Source of the DNA: a virus
Reading direction: 5' to 3' (one strand)
DNA: 64,000 nt
Virus record (IMG/VR): IMGVR_UViG_3300045988_118131
Shown one piece after another: positions 31,923-39,954 of this stretch (within the stretch, counting starts at the first letter, position 1; each line of letters opens with the position of its first letter). A program made the translations under genes and the position numbers. The notes under the pieces were generated by a model, which saw only the letters and a program-made list of their open reading frames with translations, ran no database searches and was not told the DNA's origin.

Positions 31923-32017
31923 CACGGAAGTCAGGGGTCGAACCCGAATAATCCCTTTTGGAAGGGGACCAACGCTTTTGAAGAGCGTTTCTGTTTGCCG
32001 TACAGATAAGCTTCCGT
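31923..32017 (-). tRNA. Opal suppressor tRNA, anticodon UCA, with long variable arm (95 nt)
   Basis: Acceptor ACGGAAG/CTTCCGT. D arm TCTG-TACGGCAAA-CAGA. Anticodon stem ACGCT/AGCGT with loop CTTCAAA. Variable arm about 23 nt (CCCTT-CCAA-AAGGG). T arm TCGGG-TTCGACC-CCTGA. Discriminator G. Confidence 0.7.
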
Positions 32018-32023
32018 ATAGTA

Positions 32024-32212
32024 TTATAGCTTTTGAATGTTCAATAATATTTTTGAACTATAGTTATCTGGAATGTTTAATTTATCCCAAATTTTATCTT
32101 CTGATAAATCTTCTTTTGATAATTGAATTATTTTGGATAGTTTCTTTGGATATACTTTCATTCCGTCAATAATTTCAAGCTGATATAGTATAAAATATAT
32201 ATTTTCTTTCAT
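32024..32212 (-). CDS. Hypothetical protein
   Basis: 62-aa ORF. Confidence 0.35.
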   Translation of the reverse strand: MKENIYFILYQLEIIDGMKVYPKKLSKIIQLSKEDLSEDKIWDKLNIPDNYSSKILLNIQKL

Positions 32213-32304
32213 GTCTTAGTTGTATTGATTTAGATTACAAAATTACTACTTTATTTTCTGACTTCCAAATGAATTCGGATAATTTTTATTAAATTGCAAC
32301 TGGA

Positions 32305-32360
32305 ACCATTTAAAGGATGAATCCAACTTTAAATTGATTCGGAATTCTCTTTTAAATGGT
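32305..32360. repeat. Palindromic intergenic repeat, full copy
   Basis: ACCATTTAAAGGA..(about 30 nt)..TCTCTTTTAAATGGT. Confidence 0.7.
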
Positions 32361-32559
32361 CTAAAACTAAATTCGCAAATACAAAATCTTCTAAAGTCGG
32401 TTCTGAAAATGAAGGTGAAATATAATAACTTTTCTGAGAAAAATTTATATTAACAAAATAATTTTCAGTAAAGACTGCTGGAACTATAATATCTACTTGA
32501 TCATATTTTAAATTGTCAATTAACTTATTCGCTAAATTTAGAGGTAGTATTAATTTCAT
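32329..32559 (-). CDS. Hypothetical protein
   Basis: 76-aa ORF; its 3' end lies inside a palindromic repeat copy. Confidence 0.4.
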   Translation of the reverse strand: MKLILPLNLANKLIDNLKYDQVDIIVPAVFTENYFVNINFSQKSYYISPSFSEPTLEDFVFANLVLDHLKENSESI

Positions 32560-32642
32560 TTTGTAATTTCTTTTTGAGTTCTAATAACCGTTTTCTATAA
32601 TCTAAATTATATTTATATATTTCCGACTTTAACTGCTTGAAC

Positions 32643-33019
32643 TTATCCTCGATATTCTCTAGATGCCTCTGTTTTTTCATAAGAATTTCTAAGATCTAAA
32701 TAAATATTATCTCTTCCATATATTATATAATTCCAATTGTTTTCTAAATAAGTTTTAGTTATTCTACTATTAAACTCTAAGAATAACTGCTCTGCAATAA
32801 AGCCTTCTAAACTTTGGATTGTATGTCTTTGCATTTTAGACTATTTATAGTTACTGTTTTACATCTTCCATTTTTACATAATCTACATATATAATATCCG
32901 GAATTAGATAACTGAATCTTTAACAGTCTTCCAGTTTTCTTATTTCTTATATTTCCTGAGTTGTCCATTTCATAATTTTCTCAGTTCTCTATAGTATTTC
33001 AATTATTGCCTATATCCAT
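32643..33019 (-). pseudogene. Frameshifted NUMOD4-type homing endonuclease remnant
   Basis: ATG 33019. NN-W(TGA)-NTIEN-W(TGA)-ENYEMDNSGNIRN..GYYICRL matches the NUMOD4 pattern. That frame stops at TAG 32807, and the reading continues in another frame as ORF 32643..32834. Confidence 0.5.
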
Positions 33020-33131
33020 TTCTAATATCTTAGATACTGCAAAGGTAATGCAAATTTTTTGCCCAAACAAGTAAATTTTAAAAAATTTGATAAGTGACAC
33101 TAAATTTATATTTTAGGTACTTAAAATTAAT

Positions 33132-33141
33132 CCCCCCCCCC
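33132..33141. repeat. C10 homopolymer tract
   Basis: Ten consecutive C in an AT-rich context, abutting the TAG stop of 33141..33362. Confidence 0.9.
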
Positions 33142-33362
33142 TATTGTTCAGGGAAAGTGAAATTATTTGCAACTTTTTTACACATTTCTATAAAATCTTC
33201 TTTTGATAGATCGTTTTTAGCTATATTGATAGCTATTGTAGTAATACATATATTATCTTCTACATATCCTTTACTCGAATCTATTCTGTCTAAGGACATA
33301 TTATTAATATCTAATATAGGTTCTCCAGTATAATAATCTAAATGATTTTGTAAATCCCACAC
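33141..33362 (-). pseudogene. Endonuclease C-terminal fragment (..SLDRIDSSKGYVEDN..), no ATG
   Basis: 73-aa ORF with only a GTG at its 5' end. The motif is typical of phage HNH/AP2-type homing endonuclease C-termini. Confidence 0.4.
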
Positions 33363-33591
33363 TCTTTCTATTACTTCCTCTGTTATAGAAAACTCTGCAA
33401 TATTAGGTCTTAGTATTTTGTAGAAAATTTAAAATTTGAGCTTTATGAATATTTTAGATAATTAAAATCTCGTTTATGACCCCCCTTCGGGATTCGACAT
33501 ACTCTTAACTCCCCCCACAGGGATTGAGAAAAAAGTAAAAACATTATTGATTTCTCAAACAGATTTACTAACAATTAAAACAAAAAAGATT

Positions 33592-34101
33592 ATGTTTACA
33601 ATTGAGGAAACAAAGAAAAGCAAAGGTTTCAAATCAGTAAAAGAAAACATTGCAGCTATCGAAGCGGTAAGAAAAGAACGCTTTGACCAAAATTTGGCTT
33701 TAGCCGGATTTAACGGGAAAAACATTGTATTGACCGGAAATTTTTCTGAAAGAAAATTTAAGCCGGCAGGCGGTTCGGAACGTTCTTACATTGTTTTGGA
33801 AGCGGTTTACTTTGATGATAAACCAGAGAACGGAAAAATTGGAACGCTCGCACTATCAGCACTGAAAGCAAGTGTAAAACCGTCAATTGACGAAAATTTA
33901 CAGTCCGTCGTATCTGATTTTTCGGAAATTTCCGAACGTGAAGCACTTAACAAACTTTTGGAAGATAAAACCTACCTAAAGTGTGAAAGTACATTGACCG
34001 TATTAAAGCCTGAATTTTATCAGGAAAACGGACAAAACAAAGTTCGGTATGATGCCGAAAAAACAAAGAAAGGATACAAGTATAGCGTTGCTACATTGTA
34101 A
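33592..34101 (+). CDS. Hypothetical protein with foreign codon usage
   Basis: ATG at 33592 inside track ORF 33547..34101. Frequent GCG/CCG/CGG/ACG codons that are rare elsewhere in the window. Confidence 0.55.
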   Translation: MFTIEETKKSKGFKSVKENIAAIEAVRKERFDQNLALAGFNGKNIVLTGNFSERKFKPAGGSERSYIVLEAVYFDDKPENGKIGTLALSALKASVKPSIDENLQSVVSDFSEISEREALNKLLEDKTYLKCESTLTVLKPEFYQENGQNKVRYDAEKTKKGYKYSVATL

Positions 34102-34108
34102 ATCTTTC

Positions 34109-34134
34109 AACGGGTGCAAACATTTGCACCCGTT
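34109..34134 (+). terminator. Perfect GC-containing hairpin after 33592..34101
   Basis: AACGGGTGCAAA-CA-TTTGCACCCGTT. Confidence 0.6.
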
Positions 34135-34181
34135 TACATTCAATTAAACAGATTAAAAACAACTAAAAAAGATTAAAAATC

Positions 34182-34268
34182 ATGAAAACAAACAGAAAGT
34201 ACGTTACAGTTAATGGAGTCGTTTACACATACGAAGAGTATTTGGAAATGTTAAAGAATAGAGATTAA
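34182..34268 (+). CDS. Small hypothetical protein (28 aa)
   Basis: MKTNRKYVTVNGVVYTYEEYLEMLKNRD, followed by a terminator. Confidence 0.3.
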   Translation: MKTNRKYVTVNGVVYTYEEYLEMLKNRD

Positions 34269-34283
34269 TCTCTATTCTTTTTT
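34255..34283 (+). terminator. Rho-independent terminator
   Basis: AGAATAGAGA-TTAA-TCTCTATTCT followed by T5. Confidence 0.75.
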
Positions 34284-34323
34284 GCTTACGTAGCATTTAC
34301 TAACTTCGTAGAATAATTATAAT

Positions 34324-34551
34324 ATGAAAATATTCGTAGTAAAAGGTGTAGCCAAGGGTGATAGAGTATATTACGAAGGACTTAATTTTAAGATCCATGC
34401 AGGAGATTGGCTTCCTAACTATGAATGTTATTTTCAGGTGAAGAAAGACGATCTTGGGAAATATACAATATTGAAGTGTATTCCTGTAGATGCCGAGAAT
34501 AGTTGGAATAATGCTATCTCTGTAGATAAGGATGATGAAGAGTGTTGTTGA
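34324..34551 (+). CDS. Hypothetical protein
   Basis: 75-aa ORF. TGA stop with a back-up TAA 3 codons later. Confidence 0.5.
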   Translation: MKIFVVKGVAKGDRVYYEGLNFKIHAGDWLPNYECYFQVKKDDLGKYTILKCIPVDAENSWNNAISVDKDDEECC

Positions 34552-34808
34552 ATGGGATAAATGAGCGTGGTTCCACTATCATTCTCTCTCCACCTCCAGA
34601 AATTTTTTCCATTTCCCCAATTCTCCGAGAAAGAGCACTTTTAGCATTTCAATTTTGAAAACTCTACTCAACATATCTGAACTTGTTTTAGAGCTAAATT
34701 TGAGTTTTCACAAAAGTCTCTTTCCAAAATATATATTTTCTAAGCCCATACAATCTTAAATTTAAGTTTATATATAACAAACAAAAAGACAGCCTAGGAG
34801 TCTATAAA

Positions 34809-34866
34809 ATATACACTGATGAGACTAGGACGAAACTATCCTCAATTGAGGGTAGTCTGTTTGAAC
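34809..34866 (+). ncRNA. Hammerhead-ribozyme-like motif (type I topology), tentative
   Basis: CUGAUGAG (34816-34823) - 8 nt - CGAAAC, then a 9-bp stem III ACUAUCCUC-AAUU-GAGGGUAGU, then C. The predicted cut is after GUC at 34857. Stems I and II are weak. Confidence 0.3.
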
Positions 34867-35082
34867 TTTTTTTACTGTAAGACCATAATGGGTACGCTCT
34901 GAGACTATGTAGTTGTTGTGAAACAATTCAAAGTATAGTAGCACAGGAAGGGTCTAGATGTTTACAATTTTCATTTTTGGTAGCTTCGGCTACCACTTTC
35001 AAGACGAGAGCAACCGTTACGTGGTTTGAAAGATAAGTAAGTATATACTGAAACTAATAGCTCTTTTTCGTTTAACAAATTT

Positions 35083-35116
35083 AAAACCTCACACTGTAAA
35101 GGCAAAGTGTATAAAG
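35083..35116 (+). promoter_or_regulatory. Conserved early-gene upstream motif, copy 1 (T7/T3/K11-like promoter candidate)
   Basis: AAAACCTCACACTGTAAAGGCAAAGTGTATAAAG ends 3 nt before ATG 35119. Confidence 0.5.
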
Positions 35117-35118
35117 TT

Positions 35119-35430
35119 ATGTCAAGATTCAACGTACAAAGAGAACAATTATCTGGATATATTCAGAATGCAATTATGTGTATTGAACTTGGAACTAATT
35201 TAAAGTTTACAAGAGCTGAAGATTGGACAAGTACAAATCAAGGTCATGCATTACACTTTGCAGGAAATTTATACAAAGGGGAGCAAACTTGGGATGATAT
35301 TATAAGGTTCATCAAAATGCAGTTCGCACATAATCCAGAAACTAAATGTATTGATGAAGACACTTCAGATTTTGAGGAATTGGCTCTCGGTAGCAATTTT
35401 GGTGAATGGATAGTTTACATTACTATTTAA
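35119..35430 (+). CDS. Hypothetical protein
   Basis: ATG inside track ORF 35107..35430. Confidence 0.55.
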   Translation: MSRFNVQREQLSGYIQNAIMCIELGTNLKFTRAEDWTSTNQGHALHFAGNLYKGEQTWDDIIRFIKMQFAHNPETKCIDEDTSDFEELALGSNFGEWIVYITI

Positions 35431-35586
35431 ATATGGTGACTAAAAAACTCAATAACTTTCCAAGACATTGAGGACACCAGTTTCTTATCTGAATATTGCA
35501 ACGCATAGTTTGGTAATACTTTATGTGAGTAAAGCCCATTAATGTAATATTTGCAGATAAGTTTTAGGTGTAAAATGCAAAAATTT

Positions 35587-35620
35587 AAAGCCTCACACTA
35601 TATAGGTAAAGTGTAGATAA
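35587..35620 (+). promoter_or_regulatory. Conserved early-gene upstream motif, copy 2
   Basis: AAAGCCTCACACTATATAGGTAAAGTGTAGATAA directly before ATG 35622. Confidence 0.5.
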
Positions 35621-35621
35621 A

Positions 35622-36209
35622 ATGGAACAGAATTATTCAAACGCTCCTGCAAAACGTTTTACTCAAAACAGAATGTTTAAAAACTTGTCTGAAGAAGAGT
35701 TAACACTTCTAGGATTAGGTGGTCCTGAACCAGAAGAGTATATAAAAACGTTACCAGAGAGTGTCAATAAAACAATATTAGTTGATACAAATCCTTCTAG
35801 AGATTGGGTTGAACACACTACGTTGGTTGAAGGATATGCAAAACACAGAACAGAAGTTAATTTTGTAGACTGTGATTTTTGTAGTACTATCTGGTCTAAC
35901 ATTGAAGATTTCAAGCACATCTATACTGAGATGAAGAAGCAAGATAGAACTCAATATCTTGCCATCACAGTAAGTCTAAGACAAGTAGGGATGCGCAGAA
36001 CTTTGGAATATCTAGCTCAGTTTGAAGAGTTTGGAATAACTGAAGAAGATTGCAAAGAGATTCAATCTCATAGAGTGGCTTCATCAAAAGATCTCAAACA
36101 TGAACGTAGTCATGTTCACAGATTGTGTAAAGGAGATAAAGCACTAAACATATATTCTTACAGTGACACAGGAACTCCAATGTTAGCAGGAATCATAAAA
36201 ATCAATTAA
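35622..36209 (+). CDS. Hypothetical protein
   Basis: 195-aa ORF. Confidence 0.6.
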   Translation: MEQNYSNAPAKRFTQNRMFKNLSEEELTLLGLGGPEPEEYIKTLPESVNKTILVDTNPSRDWVEHTTLVEGYAKHRTEVNFVDCDFCSTIWSNIEDFKHIYTEMKKQDRTQYLAITVSLRQVGMRRTLEYLAQFEEFGITEEDCKEIQSHRVASSKDLKHERSHVHRLCKGDKALNIYSYSDTGTPMLAGIIKIN

Positions 36210-36343
36210 TATGACACATACAATCTACAAAAACATCAAGTTAACAGTAAGTGCTCCAGATCTTCCTATGTTAGCAATAGGGATGGATTCCACTCAGTTT
36301 GGAATTGCATTAATATGGATTTCATTTATTATTAGTTGGAAAT

Positions 36344-36376
36344 AAAAACCTCACACTGTATAGGTAAGTGTATAAC
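36344..36376 (+). promoter_or_regulatory. Conserved early-gene upstream motif, copy 3
   Basis: AAAAACCTCACACTGTATAGGTAAGTGTATAAC before ATG 36380. Confidence 0.5.
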
Positions 36377-36379
36377 ATC

Positions 36380-36622
36380 ATGAGACAATATTTCTATTTA
36401 GTAGCTCACACGGTAGTAGGAGATGATTTACATATTGATAAAATCTTTTTCCAGGAACATGATGCCATTCGTTGGGGTAAAGTCTTAGCAACAAAAAATC
36501 CAGACTATTCTGTAGGTTTGTATAGACAGGAGATTGCAAGGACAGCAACGGTGAGGTTTGTAAAGACCTTAACCGCTTACAAGTCATCTGGGTCGGATAA
36601 TGATATTGATCAATGTAGATAA
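36380..36622 (+). CDS. Hypothetical protein
   Basis: ATG inside track ORF 36368..36622. Confidence 0.55.
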   Translation: MRQYFYLVAHTVVGDDLHIDKIFFQEHDAIRWGKVLATKNPDYSVGLYRQEIARTATVRFVKTLTAYKSSGSDNDIDQCR

Positions 36623-36625
36623 GAT

Positions 36626-36817
36626 ATGGCAGAAGAAACTATAGTAAGAGAGAACTTGATGACAAGAGAAGGGTATTCTCCCTATTGTCTCCAATGTTCG
36701 GTGATGCCTAGAACATTTTTCAATGGAGAGCAATTTCAATGTCCGCATTGTGGATGGATTTCACAATTTCCAGAAGATTTCATAGAGAGGTACAAAAACA
36801 AGTGGAAGATAAAATAA
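36626..36817 (+). CDS. Zinc-ribbon protein
   Basis: CLQC..(n)..CPHC. Confidence 0.5.
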   Translation: MAEETIVRENLMTREGYSPYCLQCSVMPRTFFNGEQFQCPHCGWISQFPEDFIERYKNKWKIK

Positions 36818-36823
36818 CGAAAT

Positions 36824-37018
36824 ATGGCAACGGTAATTCAAAAGAGATTGAGAAAATTAATAGAAGATTCTATGGTTTCAAATGCAACACATACTATGTA
36901 TGCTAATGGAACTAAGTATGTAGTGTATCATGGAAGAATTGAAGCGAAAATAACTCCAGAAGGAATGATTACCTCTAGAGATATATTGTTTCAAGAATCT
37001 CTAGCAGTCTTTAAATAA
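36824..37018 (+). CDS. Hypothetical protein
   Basis: 64-aa ORF. Confidence 0.5.
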   Translation: MATVIQKRLRKLIEDSMVSNATHTMYANGTKYVVYHGRIEAKITPEGMITSRDILFQESLAVFK

Positions 37019-37024
37019 ATTTAG

Positions 37025-37076
37025 ACCATCTAAAGGATAACTCCGAATTAAATTGGAGATTCTTCTTTTAGATGGT
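37025..37076. repeat. Palindromic intergenic repeat, full copy
   Basis: ACCATCTAAAGGA...TCTTCTTTTAGATGGT. Confidence 0.7.
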
Positions 37077-37097
37077 TAACTTTTAAAATTACACAAA

Positions 37098-37532
37098 ATG
37101 TCAAAGAAAGAGATTTTTACTAAAAATTTAGTTACCCCTAAGGAAGCTCTATCAAAGTGTTTTCGAATTGGAGCATTAGTTTATTTCAAAGATGGATCAT
37201 ATGTTGTGAAGAAGTCAGACCAGTCTGATTTTGCAATGACTGTTGGATGCTTGCTCTCGAAGGAAGCAGATGATTTGTTTCAAATAATTGATGTTAACAA
37301 GCCTTATCCTACAGCCCACTTAAGCATAGAATATGCTGTTCCAATTAATAATATAAAAGTTAGGAATATTAACACTGGTACAGTTTATTATTGTAGCAAC
37401 ATAAACATTGTAAACTGTAGCGGATATGCAGTTGAAGACTTCAATGACAATGAGGTTATGTATAACAATACGTTAACTACATTGAAAACTATCCTCAAAG
37501 CATCTAAATTCGGAAATTGTCAACTATTATAA
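37098..37532 (+). CDS. Hypothetical protein
   Basis: 144-aa ORF. Confidence 0.6.
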   Translation: MSKKEIFTKNLVTPKEALSKCFRIGALVYFKDGSYVVKKSDQSDFAMTVGCLLSKEADDLFQIIDVNKPYPTAHLSIEYAVPINNIKVRNINTGTVYYCSNINIVNCSGYAVEDFNDNEVMYNNTLTTLKTILKASKFGNCQLL

Positions 37533-37545
37533 AAATTTAAATTGT

Positions 37546-38238
37546 ATGGAAGAGAAAGTAGATTACAGCAAAGACATTCAAGTAACAATTGACCATAATC
37601 AAACGTTTCCAGCTAAATTGCTAGCAAATGACCCAGAATTTGGAGTAATTGTTGGGTACACAAATGAGAATGGAGAAAAGTGGATTCACAGTGAGCTTTA
37701 TCATGATTATGAGTCGATGAATCGAAATTGTTTTGTGGAGATTTCTAATGTTCCAGAAATTGAAGAGGGACCAATTGTAAATGTAGGCAACGTAGTTAGT
37801 ACCAAAGAGAAAACGCTTCTGATTATTGAAATAAATCCAGATTATATTACTGGAATAGATATTCAAGGGAAGGGTTGGGCATTGCTGAGAAAAGACATTT
37901 TAAAGCTGTTAACTGGTGACGAGGCTGCTCAGTTTTGCATATATGTAGCTGCTAACACTGGAACAGTATTACTTGCAAATGGTTCTCTTTTTGATCTAAT
38001 TGGAGTATGGTGGTATAAATGTGTCATTGAAGGACTTACTTGGGTATTTCAATTTGAGGAAATTAAGACAACTGGTGATGTAATAGCTTCTCTAGTTATA
38101 AATGTAGAATCAGGAATTTGCGTTCCCGAATCTATATTACAGGAATGTCCATTTGCTAACTTGCACCATATATCCAATGCAGAAAATCTTGAGGTTATCA
38201 CGAGTGATGAAGTTCTTAAAATTATGTTAAGAAAATGA
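37546..38238 (+). CDS. Hypothetical protein
   Basis: 230-aa ORF. Its TGA stop overlaps the next start (ATGA). Confidence 0.6.
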   Translation: MEEKVDYSKDIQVTIDHNQTFPAKLLANDPEFGVIVGYTNENGEKWIHSELYHDYESMNRNCFVEISNVPEIEEGPIVNVGNVVSTKEKTLLIIEINPDYITGIDIQGKGWALLRKDILKLLTGDEAAQFCIYVAANTGTVLLANGSLFDLIGVWWYKCVIEGLTWVFQFEEIKTTGDVIASLVINVESGICVPESILQECPFANLHHISNAENLEVITSDEVLKIMLRK

Positions 38239-39137
38239 TTACTGCTGAACAAATCCATAATGAACTTTGGGATCTGGGTCTTAACAGACTTGCAGATCTC
38301 AAAAGTACAGTTGTTGACAACAAGGCTATAGAAACTAAAAGAAATTTAGAAAGTCTAGGATTTACACAGTCTGAAACTTACAAAAATCTAAGTAAGAAAG
38401 TCAAGAAGATGGAGGAAAAGGTAGTATATGACTTTTTCAATCAAAGATTTGACGGAGTTGTGTTTGTTCCTACAAATGATTTTGTAAATCTTCTTTTAAA
38501 GTATGACTTGTATTGCTCCACGTTTGAAGATTTCTTAGGAGAAATTCCTGAGGAAAACATAGACGAAATACTTGACGCTAAGAACACTCTGACGGAAATT
38601 AAGGATATAAATGTATATTCTAATAGGTATAAAAATCTAGTTTCTGAAATTAGCGATAGTTATATAGGAGAGTGGTGTAATGAAGCCCTATTGTCTTCAA
38701 TAGATGAAGAACCCTATCAAGAATGGAAATGGAACGGTCGTCCAGACTACTACGAAGCCTTAGAAATTATCGAAAGTGGATGGAATATTATCCTATCCTA
38801 TAGTTTCGAACTTAGTCGCAATACTCCAAAATCCTTTTATGATAGCTGCGATACGATAAGAATCAGATGGGGATTTAAAGATAGTATCAATAAATTTACT
38901 CATTTTCCTATTACTGAATTAGGTATTAATCCTAGGGCAGGACTATCAGGTAAAGCATTGAGTTCTGATACTTTACTCATAGCAGCTCCTAGAGATGAAA
39001 TAAAACACATTGTTGAACTAGAGGAAGTTCCTAAGGTATTAATTAAAGACCCTTTTGTATTTCAAGTTCTTGGAAACGATGTAGTTATATTCTCTAAATG
39101 GGGAGTAGAAAGTAAAGACGAATTGTTTGAAAAATAA
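38235..39137 (+). CDS. Hypothetical protein
   Basis: 300-aa ORF. Confidence 0.6.
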   Translation: MITAEQIHNELWDLGLNRLADLKSTVVDNKAIETKRNLESLGFTQSETYKNLSKKVKKMEEKVVYDFFNQRFDGVVFVPTNDFVNLLLKYDLYCSTFEDFLGEIPEENIDEILDAKNTLTEIKDINVYSNRYKNLVSEISDSYIGEWCNEALLSSIDEEPYQEWKWNGRPDYYEALEIIESGWNIILSYSFELSRNTPKSFYDSCDTIRIRWGFKDSINKFTHFPITELGINPRAGLSGKALSSDTLLIAAPRDEIKHIVELEEVPKVLIKDPFVFQVLGNDVVIFSKWGVESKDELFEK

Positions 39138-39155
39138 TAAAACTAGTAAATTGAC

Positions 39156-39317
39156 ATGCGTAGCACAAAAACAACAAAAGAGAAATTAATTGAAAGAATT
39201 AATGCATTAAAAGAACTTCCTAGAACTGATAATGTTCAATCTATATTAAATAGATTAGAACAAGAACTGTCAGATCTAGGAGACCATTCTTTTGAAAGAG
39301 AATGTTACTCCTTTTAG
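39156..39317 (+). CDS. Small hypothetical protein (53 aa)
   Basis: ATG 39156. TAG stop 1 nt before the next ATG. Confidence 0.3.
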   Translation: MRSTKTTKEKLIERINALKELPRTDNVQSILNRLEQELSDLGDHSFERECYSF

Positions 39318-39318
39318 T

Positions 39319-39549
39319 ATGGAAGAAGCATTTTTCAATTTTGTGTACTCCCTTATTGAGACTGCTATGAAGTATAACTGCAGTCTCTGTATTGAGGAGT
39401 TTGTGGGATATATAACCATATATACAGATTGTGATGTAATCACATTAACTATGAATGATGGCTATGTGTCTGAGATACGTTATGATGGTACTCATTTAAT
39501 ATTAGATGAGGATATGCAACGTAAAATAACTAAACTTATGAAAGAATGA
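39319..39549 (+). CDS. Hypothetical protein
   Basis: ATG inside track ORF 39292..39549. TGA stop in an ATGA overlap. Confidence 0.5.
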   Translation: MEEAFFNFVYSLIETAMKYNCSLCIEEFVGYITIYTDCDVITLTMNDGYVSEIRYDGTHLILDEDMQRKITKLMKE

Positions 39550-39953
39550 AAATTATAGAAATAAATAATAGGAAAGATACTTACGTTTACGACGAAGAGT
39601 ACTGCGAGTTTTTTAATGATGACGGGGACTGGGAACATCTAGATCCCAACGATATAAGTCAGGAATTTGAAATACCTAAAGAGAGAGAAACTTTGGTTCT
39701 TAAGCAAGGACTACAAAACAAAGTGTCTTCTGAACACTTAAATAGGTTAGAGAGAAATAGCAAGGGAGAATACACAGCTGAATTTAGTGGACTAGATGCA
39801 GAGGGAGATTTTCCATTTAAAGGAATGTATTACAGCATAACGTGGTTTAAACTAAGACCTAAACACAATGCGCCTGCTCAAAGTACTTCTGAAGAAAGTT
39901 CTTCTATTTCTCTTTCTAGAAAAAAATTATTATTAACTAAATATTTTAAATAA
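39546..39953 (+). CDS. Hypothetical protein
   Basis: 135-aa ORF. Confidence 0.6.
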   Translation: MKIIEINNRKDTYVYDEEYCEFFNDDGDWEHLDPNDISQEFEIPKERETLVLKQGLQNKVSSEHLNRLERNSKGEYTAEFSGLDAEGDFPFKGMYYSITWFKLRPKHNAPAQSTSEESSSISLSRKKLLLTKYFK

Positions 39954-39954
39954 A

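Noticed and set aside
31923-32017. Interpreting the long-arm UCA tRNA as tRNA-Sec (selenocysteine).
   Set aside because: The D arm is 4 bp with a 9-nt loop rather than the 6-bp/4-nt Sec form. There is no clear 8-bp acceptor. About 50 TGA codons sit at Trp-equivalent positions with no SECIS-like context.
2770-39317. TAG recoding (amber to Gln) in this window, suggested by the CUA tRNA.
   Set aside because: No pair of same-frame ORFs is split by TAG. TAG terminates genes 1 nt before the next ATG at 2770, 24865 and 39315, and read-through there hits further stops quickly. The tRNA is reported, but TAG is treated as a stop here.
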